Shown here piece after piece: positions 23,240 to 34,200 of a stretch of 64,000 bases of DNA; the first letter of the stretch is position 1; every line of letters begins with the position of its first letter. The DNA is taken from positions 1,323,514-1,387,513 of the forward strand of contig NW_003314287.1 of the NCBI RefSeq assembly GCF_000143415.4. Direction: 5' to 3'. The notes beneath the pieces are model-generated. The model searched no databases and was not told the DNA's origin. It saw only the letters and a program-made list of their open reading frames with translations. Source of the stretch: Selaginella moellendorffii. Its lineage: Eukaryota > Plantae > Lycopodiophyta. The position numbers and the translations under genes are program-made.

Positions 23240-23478
23240 CGGGGGCATCCCCCCACTTAGCGGTGTGCCTAAGTTAGCCTCCCCGGCCAAGAGCCCATGA
23301 CAACGGAATATAGGTGTCCCTATATTCCTCACCTCACCACGCCCTAGTATAGGGTCGGGACTTGAACCCAGCCTTGCTTTACTAGGGGGTTGGGACTCGA
23401 ACCCAACCTCCGTAGAATACGTCTACGGATTCGACATCCCCGCAGGGAGTCGGGCGTAGTGCCCTACGCCTGGTCGAC
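23240..23478 (-). ncRNA. Structured cis-RNA element with two T-loop/B-box hairpins in the D 3' region
   Basis: At least six stems, including GGUUGGG-UUCGAGU-CCCAACC; homologue with compensatory changes at 4860-5085. Confidence 0.65.
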
Positions 23479-23547
23479 CTATCCAACCCATGCTAATTAG
23501 CTTACCTTTGGCGCGCCTTCGGGTCCCAACATATGCCATTTGCTCAA

Positions 23548-23600
23548 CTTTGCAAATTGATATTTTTAATTGAATTTTGCATAAGTACATAAAGTTCTGC
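23548..23600 (-). other. Probable intron 3 after the D chromodomain (53 nt, GC-AG)
   Basis: Very AT-rich block CAAG|GCAGAA...TTTGCAAAG|TTGAG; removal extends the frame as EEFLQVEQMAYVGTRRRAK; splice sites are weak. Confidence 0.5.
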
Positions 23601-23947
23601 CTTGCAGAAATTCCTCCACTAGATCTCGTGCGTTCGCTAGGTTCTCCTCCGGTTCCCATGTTGCTTCGCAGTGTGGAAATCCTTTCCACTTCACATGGAA
23701 CTCTCTCACCTCGCGTCCTTGTCGCTTGCTCTTGCGCGCATTGAGGATGGCCTCGACTTCGTATTCCTCTTCCCCTTGGATAACCTCAGGTAAAGGTCTC
23801 ACTTGGTCCTTGCGAAGCGGATCCTCAAAGTACGGCTTGAGTAAGTTCACGTGGAACACTGGGTGCATCTTCCCCATCTCTCGAGGAAGTCGGAGTCGGT
23901 AAGCCACTTTACCGATTCGTGCCTCAATTTCATAAGGCCCCGCGAAC

Positions 23948-23999
23948 CTGCTTAAGGAACTCAAGATCAATTCATTTACAGAAATACATGCGTCTTTAC
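23948..23999 (-). other. Intron 2 in D integrase C-terminal (GPY/F) region (52 nt, GT-AG)
   Basis: CAAAG|GTAAAG...TTCCTTAAGCAG|GTTCGCG; splicing gives RKLTQRFAGPY. Confidence 0.88.
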
Positions 24000-24417
24000 C
24001 TTTGGGTCAACTTTCGGCTGATCCAGCTTGGTAGTCTGAGGTTCTTGGTGTTCAGCCACACCTTCTCCCCAGCTTGGAACTCCACATCCCGACGCTTTTG
24101 GTTCGCGTACTTAGTTTGCCTTTGTTGAGCCCGTTCCAAGGAATCCCTCACTAGATTCCAAATGTTGAGTCTTTCCGCCGTGAATGCCTCCACTGCGGGT
24201 AACTCTCCATGATACTCGGCCACGCCGAGTTCCACAGGACCTTCAATAGCTCGCCCATTGATGACTTCCCATGGACTCACCCCGATGCTTGAGTGTGGTG
24301 AGTTGTTATAACACATTTCCGCAAGTCCCAAATGACTTACCCAGTCGGTCTGGTCTCCCGAGACATAGCATCGCAAATAATCCTCCAGCTGCCTATTCAC
24401 CCTTTCCGTTTGTCCGT

Positions 24418-24464
24418 CTGTCAAGAAGTGTTAGTGCCATCAATCTTGACTTAATACCCATTAC
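24418..24464 (-). other. Intron 1 in D integrase core (47 nt, GT-AG)
   Basis: ATAG|GTAATG...CACTAAC...CTTCTTGACAG|ACGGA; splicing gives HPQIDGQTE and exact D-35-E spacing. Confidence 0.88.
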
Positions 24465-27400
24465 CTATCTGTGGGTGATAGGCTGTGCTGAATTTCAATT
24501 TGGTGCGATACTGTTCTAGGAGTGTCCTCCAGAACCTACTAGTGAAGATCTTATCTCGATCTGAGATAATCTCTTCCGGCCTTCCCCGCACTCGAACCAC
24601 TTGTTCAAAGAACAGCTTCGCCACACCTTCCGCATCCACGTCCGTTGTGGTGGGTATGAAATGTGCCATCTTTGAAAATCGGTCCACCACCACGAATATC
24701 GCATCGAACCCCTCGCTTGGGGGTAGTCCCGTGATGAAGTCCATCGTAAGACATTTCCACGGGCGATCTGGAATTGGGATGTTTTGCAACAAGCCCCCAC
24801 TAGCCTTAGTCACGGCTTTGACCTGCTGACATGTTGGACATGTCTTTACATAGTCTTGGACGTCCTTAGCCATATCTGGCCAATGGTACTTCCTCTTGAG
24901 TAAGCCCATCGTCTTGGGCACTCCGCCGTGTCCCGCAAGAGGTCCGTCATGACACTCTTCTAAGGCCACCTTCCTTAGTTCCCCTTCTGGAACATACACC
25001 CTCGTTTGCTTGTAATAAATGAGTCCGTTGCGTTCCGCATAGCCCGTTTTTTCTTCCGTTGGCAGCTCACCTCTCTGGTGAGCTTCCCGCGCCTCTAGAT
25101 TCCTCAGCAACACTTCTTGTGCTAGACCATCGTTCTCATATGCTGTCCGCACATCGTCCCAGAAGGTTGCTGTTGCGCTAGATATTGCCAACTTCAAGCT
25201 CGCTTTTCGACTTAGCGCATCCGCCACGATGTTGCTCTTCCCAGGCTTGTACAGAATTTCGCAATCAAACTCGGCCAAGGCATTGGCCCACCGACCTTGT
25301 TTCCCTCTTAGGTCGGGCTGTGACAAGAAGTGTTTCGTTGCCACATTGTCCGTGTAAACCTTGAAGTGTCTCCCAAGGTAGTGTCGCCACTCCTTGAGTG
25401 CCTTGACCACCGCAAACAATTCCTTCTCATGGGCAGGCCACTTCCGTTGAGCCTTGTCCAGCTTCTTCGAGAAGAACGCTACCGGATGGTTGTCTTGCTT
25501 CAGAACTGCGCCCAACGCAAAGTCCGAAGCATCCGTTTCTACCTCAAAGTCCTTACCAAAGTCTGGCAATGCCAATACGGGAGCCTTTCTCAACTTCCCT
25601 TTGAGGTGGACGAATGCCGCCTCGCATTCTGCTGTCCATACCATCTTCCCTTTTCCTGTTTGGTCCGTTAAGGGCAGGGCTACTCTCGAATAGTGTCTGA
25701 TAAACTTTCGATAGTAGTTGCATAGCCCCAGGAACGCCCTCAACTCATGTACATTCGATGGTCGCTCCCATTCCTGGATCGCTTGGACCTTCTCCGGGTC
25801 CACCTTGAGCCCGTCCTGGCCCACCACATGCCCGAGAAACTTTACCTCTTGTTGAGCAAAGTCACATTTGCTCTCTTTAGCATACAGCTTGTGTTCCCTT
25901 AGTTTCTCAAACACCTTCGCCAAGTGTTCGGCATGCTCTTCTAGCGTCTCGCTATAGATCAGGATGTCGTCGATATAGACGACCATGAAGTGATCCAGAT
26001 AGGGTACAAAGACGTGGTTCATTAGCGCCGAAAACGTTGCCGGCGCATTACATAGCCCGAAGGGCATCACCAGAAACTCAAAGCTCCCATACCTCGTTCG
26101 ACAGGTTGTCTTCTCGACATCTTCCTCGGCTACCCTGATCTGGTAGTATCCTGACCTTAGGTCAATCCTCGAGAAGTATTTTGCCTTTCCCAACCTATCG
26201 AACAGGTCCTCAATCCTTGGCAAAGGGTACTTGTTCTTCTTTGTATACTTGTTGAGCAAGCGGTAGTCTATGCACATGCGCATAGATCCATCTTTCTTTT
26301 TCACAAATAACACCGGCGCCCCATACGGCGACTTGCTCAACCTAACATACCCTTTGTCCACCAACTCCTCTAGTTGGCACTTGAGCTCCTTGAGTTCTTT
26401 TTCGTTCAAACGATAAGGGGGACGAACCACTGCCTCAGCACCCTCGACCAGCTCAATCTTATGTTCTATCGGTCATGCTGGGGGCAGCCCCGCCGGTAGC
26501 TCCTCCGGCATGGTATCCTGGAATTGGTCCAACACCCGCTGGATCACTAAAGGCACTTCTTCCGTTCTTGTCTTTTTGTCACTCTTCACCGAGAGTAAGC
26601 ACAAAAAGGCTGCCTTAGTTCCTTTAGTGAGTTGTCCTCTCGTGGACACCAGGTTTAAGCAGGATTCTTTGGCCTTGCTTTGCCCTACCTTTAGATCCTG
26701 GGCTTCCACCCTAGATCTTCTTCCTTGGGCATTCGCCAGTACCACAAGGTTCCTACCTTGTCCATGTAGGGCTACCACGAACCGATTGAACCAATCCATT
26801 CCGAAGATCACGTCAAATCCCGCCATGTCCAACACGGTGAAATCCATGTCTACCTTCCATGTCCCTACTTCGACTTTCGCTTGTCGAAGTACCTCATCGG
26901 TGCTTTGGCTACCTTGAACAAACTCTATAGTCCTTGGTTCTCCTAGCCGCTGCACCGTTAGTCCGGCTTGCCGGACTATGTCTGCAGCCACAAAATTATC
27001 CGAAGCACCCGTGACAATAAGGATCTTAACAAAGCTACCTCCGAGCTTCCCTCGGAGGGCTAGTAGATGTCGCGAACGACTCTCTACCAAAGTTGCTCGT
27101 GTAATGAGTAACTTTGAGTCAGGGACTGGATCACATACCTCATTTTGGACTTCGCCCGACTTGATGGCCATATTGGCTCTGGCCTTCTTCGGGTAGGGAC
27201 ATTCCCTCGAAAAGTGTCCCGCTTCACCGCAGTTATAGCATACGTTGTTTCCCACGCTGCTATATGACTTGACCTTCTTATCCGTGGGTTTGTCTCTTTT
27301 CGCTTGACTCCCCCACGTACTTGCTCGCTGGCCACCGGATTTGCCTTTCCGAAATCCCGAGGACTCATTCTTAGAGAAACTCTTCTTGAATTTCCCCCTG

Positions 27401-28199
27401 CTATATGTTCCCCTCGGTTTGGCCCCTTTGTGAAACGTGGATCCCGACCCCGTCGTGTTCCCCTTTCGCAGGTTATCGTTGAAATGCACCTTGATGGCCG
27501 CATCCAACGCTTCTTTGTAGTTGGTCGGGTTCCAGCGCATCACCTCACCGCGAGCCCAGGTTTGCAAACCTGATATAAAGGCATGGAACGCATCCATATC
27601 CCCCATGTCCGTGACAAGTATCCTCTTTGCCATGAACCCATTCACATATTCCTGGATGGTTCCAGTCTGCTTCAGCCTACTCAGCTCATCTCTCAGATGC
27701 AGAGTGGCATTCGGAGGAACGTATGTCGCGCGGATCCTCGCCTTCATCATGTCCCAGGTGGCCACCGGTCCTTCGTTGGCCTCCGTTGTTCTCCACCAAG
27801 ACTTGGCATTATCTGCCAAGTATGGTTTTGCACATGGGACCTTCTCCGAGCTCGGTAACCGTAACGCTCGGAAGTAGTCCTCCATATCGTAACACCAATC
27901 CTCCACAACCTTATAGTCGTTCACTCCCTTGAACACCGGTGGGGGCTTTGGTTTGTACTTGGGAACTGCCTGAGGGACTGATTCCACTTCGGTCTGTTCG
28001 ACCTTGTCTGGTTTTGCCTCAGTCCCTGCCGAAGGGTCCGCACCTTCTGCGCTGCCAGCATCCGCAGTCTTTCGCCTTTTCTTCCGTTTCTCATCACGCT
28101 TTAGCTTGCGTACGAGAGTCTCCAGCAGGGCATTGGTCTGCGCCAATTGACCTTCTAGAACGTCCAATCGAGCCTTGGACGACCGAACCTCGCCACCGG

Positions 28200-29929
28200 A
28201 CTTGATGACAAAGTCAAACTAACTCAGGAATTGTGCCCACCTTGCCTGACGATGGCTCAAAACTCGGGAAGTGGCAAAGTACTCGAGATTTTTGTGATCC
28301 GTCTAGACCGTTGTTTGATGGCTCACCCCCTCCAAGAAACGACGCCTCTCTCCAAAGGAATCCACAATGGCAAGGAGCTCCTTGTCGTGGATTTCGTAAT
28401 TGATCTCCGCAGGCTAGAATTTCCAAGAATGGAAAGCAACCGGATGAAATTCTTAATCCGCTCCAAGTTGAGACAACACAACACCGATGGCAAAGTTGGA
28501 AGTGTCCACCTCGATGAAAAAAGGTTGTGAGGGATTAGTGTGGATCAAGATGGGAGCAGAACTGAAGGCCGCCTTGAGTGTGTCAAAGGCCTGCTGGGCT
28601 ACAACAGACCAAGAAAAGGGAACATCCTTGCGAGTGAGATGTGTGAGAGGAAGGACAATGTTGGAGTAGTGATCAATGAATTTGCAGTAGAAGTTAGCAA
28701 AGCCAAGGAAAACCTGAACATCCGACATTGATTGTGGAGGCTCCCATTCGAGAATAGTCTTGACTTTGGTAGGATCCATCATGATACCCTCAGGAGTGAC
28801 AATGTACCCAAGGAACTCCACAGAATCCTAATCGAAGGAACATTTCTCAAGCTTCGCATATAGGCCATGTTCCCGCAGCTTCACCAACACTTTGCACATA
28901 TGCTCATCGTGCTCCTCTTGAGTTTTTGAGTAGATAAAGATGTTGTCGAGGTAGATGATCACCATCTGATCAGGAAACTCTTGAAAGATGTCACTTGCCA
29001 TGTGTTGGAAAACTGCTGGAGCACTTGTCAAGCCAAACGGCATGATAGTGTACTCGAAATGGCCATAGCAGGTTCGGAACGCAATCTTCCATTCATTGCC
29101 AAGCCGGATCCGGATCAAGTTGTATGCTCCACAGAGGTCAATCTTGGTGAAGAAGCGGGCACTGCCAAGGCATTGTAACAGGTTTGAGATCAGGGGCAAC
29201 AGATAACAATTCCAAACAGTCACCTTGTTCAAACCTCAATAGTTGATGATTAGCCACAAACTCCAATCCTTCTTTTTGACAAAGAAGATAGGCACTCCAA
29301 TTGGGGACTACAAATGCTGAATGTACCCCGATGCAAAGTTCTCGTCCATATACTCTTTAAGGGCTTTAAGCTCGGACGGGGATAACCTGTAGATAGGCCC
29401 CCATGGAGGTGACGCTCCTTCCTGTAAATCAATGGGACAATTGTAAGGCTGATGAATAGGCAGTACACTAGCTTTTTTCTTGTCAAACACATCCCCAAAA
29501 TCATGATACTTCTCAGGAAGACTGACAGGAGAAACATGCAAAGCAAAAAGGAAAACAGGTTCTTTGTGAAGGAGTTCTTTCATAGTGATTATGGAGATAG
29601 GAGGAGGCGTACAAATGAATGGAATGATGGGACGAGGATACTGTCCAATGTAAGATGGAAGAGAGGGAAAAGAAGATTGAAGGATAGGGAGTAAAGAGGG
29701 TGAAAACTTCGTAGAGTCAAGAACAAAACCCCAATTTGAGTTTAGGGAACTTTTCCTGATTCGGACTCGATGAATAGCAGGGGAAGACATGGGAAATGGT
29801 GACGTGGGAGAGACGAGCTGTAATTCCTTCCAACAGATCTGAGGCTGGTGCAATTGGAACCAAGGAAGGCCGAGCACCACAGAGGAGGACTTGATGTTGA
29901 TGATGTTGAAGGCGATATCGGTAACGGTG
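28200..29929. repeat. 1.73-kb duplicate of flanking F sequence 20285-22014, placed inside D
   Basis: Offset 7915 bp, only a few SNPs; replaces the PBS, leader and gag start of D. Confidence 0.97.
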
Positions 29930-31254
29930 TGTAAGCCACAAATTTTTCCTTTCCACTTTGCCAGCTTACCTCGCCTATCCGTCCAACACTGCCTTGGCTT
30001 TTGCTAAGTTCCCTCGCCAAGGTTCTCGCCTATGGTACCAGCTCCTACTGGGTTTCAGCTACTCACTGCACGAGCAACGGAGTGTTAGCCATCCTTCCAT
30101 GGATTCCCAAATCACTCCCAATCCCCCTCCCCGGGTTAGACTGGACTTAAGGTTCGGCTACACTCCCCGCAAGCACAAGCAGCCAAGCACACCAAGCTTC
30201 CAGGTTCCTAACATCCCTTGGTACCACAAGACTTGATCATGGGACCCTCTAAATCCCAAGTCTTGAGTGCAACGCTTGCTTCGGGACGCCGGGGCGAAAC
30301 ACCGTGGCCTAGCGGCCCGGTATGGGTACCTCTCGCCCCCCACTTCCATCCCGAAGGAAGGCCCAAGCCCCTAGGAAGGGCGAGGACCAATGAGCCGCAT
30401 GGTACTCAAGTGGGGCACCACTCCACATGAGCCGGGAGCACCGCAATCGGTTTCCCTTTCGGGAGTGGGAGCTGCTCTTGAGCACTTCCTTGGATGGCCC
30501 CTCCGGCACCAGCCAAGTCCATGCTCACTCCCACCCAAGGCCCCTCGGTCCCAGTCCCAACCTCAAGTCGGTTTGGAAGCCCAACTGGAGAGTCCCTTCA
30601 AAACTGGTTCCTGGACCTCACTATCCCTACTATACTTTTGGAACCCCCTGCAGCCCCCCCCCCCCTGGGAGACGCACGCTTTGGGCTTTCACCCCTTGAC
30701 CCGTATTAGTATTTGGACTTAGTCTCTGGCTCGATCTCGGACCCGATTTCGGATCCGACTTCGGATTCGGGTTCGGACTCGATCACGGACTCGATCTCGG
30801 ACCCGATCTCGGACCCGACCTCGGACTCGACCTTGGACTCGGTCTTGGACCCGATTTCGGATCTCGGACTCCGTCTCGAACTCGGTCTCGAACTCGGACT
30901 CGAACTCGGTCCCCGAGTCGGTCTCGGACTCGATTCCGGACTCTATCTCGAACTCGGTCCTAGAGTCGGTCTTGGACTCGATCCTCGACTTGGTCCCATC
31001 CGATGAACTCTTTGTCACTTCGGTCAAGCTTTTGGGGATCCTTTAGCCTACGACATCTCGGGGAGTCGGTTCGTTACACGGTGGACCCGATGTGTATTCG
31101 AATGGGCAACGTTTCCCTAAGTCCAGAAGATGGAGACACAAAATGCCCACCGATGCCTTCAACCCTCAGATCCCGTATGGTAGGAGAAAGAGGAACGTGA
31201 TGTCGGGCAACAAAGTCCATGTCCATGAAGCAGGACGTTGCGCCCGAGTCCAAT

Positions 31255-34200
31255 TGTTGTGAATGTGACTTCGGGTATCAAAAGATACTTGTTGACCAGT
31301 CCATACGGACACTTTTTCCTTACTGCCATGACGGCAGAAGGTCGGTACTGCTAGTTCCCCTTATTAACCCATCTTGTCCAAGTGTTAGTAAACTAGACTT
31401 AGCATCTGTACTTGGCCAAATGAGCATAAGGAAGGAATTCCTAAGTGTTTATTTAGCCAAGCATACTTGGCCTGGCTTGTTAGTTCTTTTTTGCTCTGTC
31501 TTGCACTGGCTTGGCAAAAACCTTCGTGTATTGAGACTAGTCCCTCAATATTGCCGGATGATAGCTTACCATGTTTGCCAAACACCCTCGCTATCATGCC
31601 CTTTGTGTTAGTCTCATTTCAATCCTAAATGCTATTTATGGAAAGTGTCTAGATTCGCTCATTTGGCATATCTACGGAATGTAGAGGTCGGCCTGAACAC
31701 AATGGTATTCGTCCTATGTCCAAATTTGCAATCTAGCGCCATTCCATATTTAGTAAGTTTCGAGCTTGTCCCAGAGACTAACTCCTAGTTCTAAGGGAGG
31801 CTTGGGGTGAAAGCCCAAAGCGTGTGTTCCTCAAGGGGGAGGGGGGGGCTATGGGGGGTTCCAAATGTATAGTAGGGATAGTGGCTAGAATGCATGTCTG
31901 ACCACCCGAGACATTAGTTTGGCTTCTATTGGGTTGTATCGCTCCTCGTTCTACATCCGGCTTAGGTCTTAACCCAAACTCCACGCTGCTCTAGTCGGTG
32001 GGATACCCTCCTCTTCACGTTAGGCCACTGGTATGCCAAAATTGTGCCAGACTCCGTCTGACACCATTTTGCGTGCAAGTGCTAGATACGGGGAGCTGGT
32101 GCTCATGGGATTGTACCGGACCCTCGTTTCATAGGCAACGGGCTTGGAGTTCGGCTCCAAATTCAGGTGCGCTACATTTGGTATCAGAGCAATTGTCTCA
32201 GCAATTCCTATCCAACTTTTGTCAGATTTTTTAACTCAAGTTGCATACGCAGAGACTTTTCTAGTAGATCCGAAGCGATCTGTGTAGGATTAGTTGAATA
32301 GCACCATTTGGTAAGAACGTTGTATGCATGTTCAGTTATTAATAGAGGAATGCATGCAGCTAGCAGGATGGTGAAGAGGAACCATGCTGATGACACTGAA
32401 ACCTCTAGACAGGCAAATCGAGAGGAGGAAACTCCTGCTAGAGATGCTGTGGAAGAGGCTGAGGCTGAGTCAGAAGAGGAAGAGCCAGATGCTGCAGCGT
32501 TGCAATGTACGGCTCAGGAAGTCAAGATCGAGAATTTGCAAAGGGAGATTCACAAATTGAAGAAGGAAAACAAGAAGAGGAAGAAAGAAGTTAAGGCAGC
32601 TAAACTAACTAAGCCTAAGCAACCAGACTCCTCTTTGAGTTCTGAGGACAAAGAAGTTTTGCAGCCGCTCCGGTTGCACGAGTTTCAAAGTTCAAGCCTC
32701 CTAAACCACCCAACTTTAGAGGCATGCGGGACTATCAAGTTTTGGAAGACTAGGTCTACGATATGGAAAATTATTTCATAGCGGCAGACGTAGATGATCG
32801 TACGAAAGTTGTGTGCGCGCAATCCTTTCTCACCGATCATGCCAAAACTTGGTGGTGCCAGGTGTGTGCTGAAAAAGGGCAGACTAGAAGTTGGACCAAG
32901 ATGTAGTCTCGTATCCATAAGGAATACTTGCCGGATGATCTTGGTCTGAGACTTCGCGCTGAGCTGCGGCGGTTAAAGCAACGAGGGGACCTCATGCATT
33001 ACGTTAATGCGTTTGCTCAGAAACACATTATGATTGCAAATATGAGTGACAAAGATGCTCGGTGTTATTTTCTGGAGGGTTTAAGTTCATTTTCGCACAA
33101 TGAGATTTTGAAGTTTAAGCCGAACATGTACCTAGAGTGTAAGGAGGCAGCACAGCAAGTTGCCCTTAGTCACTCGCTCATGGAACAATATCAGCAACCA
33201 TATGCTGGTAACTTGGATAAGAATAGGAATTCTAGGAATAAACAAGGTGATCAGAAACAGAGGGTGGAAAGCAGGTTTCGCTCTGGAGGCTCACAAGCAA
33301 TAGTTAACAAAGGTGGTGGTGGTTGGAGACCACCAGCAGCTTCGTCTGGTCCTAGGCCCTCTGTTCCTTCTCCTGGTGCATACAAGCAGTAGCAACCTGC
33401 AAAACCTACTCCTAGCGGAACAGGTAGTGTGGGTCATTGCTTCCATTGTGGAGAGTTGGGACATAGGTCCTCAGAATGTCCCAACAAGCATAAGACAAGG
33501 TCTCGTGTTAATATCATGAGGGAAGATGGTGGTGATGAAGCCAAAGGGGTTGACAAGTTGGTCAATGCAGACTATGAGGAAGAAGAAGTGAGTAACTTTC
33601 ATTGCTTTCCTCAAGCTTTTCTTGCAATCAATGCAAACATTGATCCGTTGATGTATCTAGTAGGCTTTGTCCATGAACACCGAATCTGAGTGATGATTGA
33701 CACGGGAGCTATGCATAGCGTGATATCTGAAGACTTAGTTAAGTTGTTAGGATTGAATGCTGAGAAAATGTCGCTTATGCACTTCCGGTTTGCAGAAGGT
33801 GGGAAAGTAGCCAAAAAGTTTGTGAGTGATGTTCCAATAAAGATATCCAAGTGGAAAGAAAGAGTGGACTTGGTAGTGTTGAAGATACCAAATTTTCAGA
33901 TGGTGTTTGGTATGGATTTCTTCAACAAATATATAAAAGGGATTTATGGTGCTGAACAAAGTCGTATCATGTTGAAGTCAGAAGGATGTCCCGATGTATC
34001 CTTTCAGTTGCAAAAGCGTTCCTCAAAGGATTGGGATGCAAAGTTCCTAACTGCGAGGGCCGCTCAAAAAGCAACAAAGAGGGGATGTCAGGCCTTTTGG
34101 GTTCAAGTGATGGAAGCTGAGGGTATTGGTAACTCAATTTGAATCGGCGACAGGGTTGATCCTGTACCAAAGAAGATATTGGAGTTGTTGGCGCGGAATC

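Larger units (their letters stand above)
23423..28199 (-). pseudogene. gag-pol polyprotein of D (spliced integrase-chromodomain; one nonsense codon; start lost)
   Basis: ORFs 26473-28167 and 24451-26430 are in one frame separated by TGA (CGA in C); protease IVTGA against IDTGA in C; ORFs 23996-24424 and 23566-23970 join through introns; chromodomain EYEVEAIL..VKWKGF..ATWEPEENL. Confidence 0.9.
22015..31078 (-). mobile_element. Ty3/Gypsy chromovirus D, young, with intron-interrupted integrase and a rearranged 5' end
   Basis: Near-identical LTRs at 22015-23162 and 29930-31078; TSD CGGTG at 22010-22014 and 31079-31083; PPT from 23163; gag-PR-RT-RH-IN-chromodomain order. Confidence 0.95.

Noticed and set aside
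23340-23430. Bona fide tRNA gene
   Set aside because: T-loop hairpins are present, but I could not form a cloverleaf with acceptor stem and D-arm.
26473-26475. Programmed stop readthrough between protease and RT in D
   Set aside because: Sister copy C has CGA here, so this is a CpG transition.
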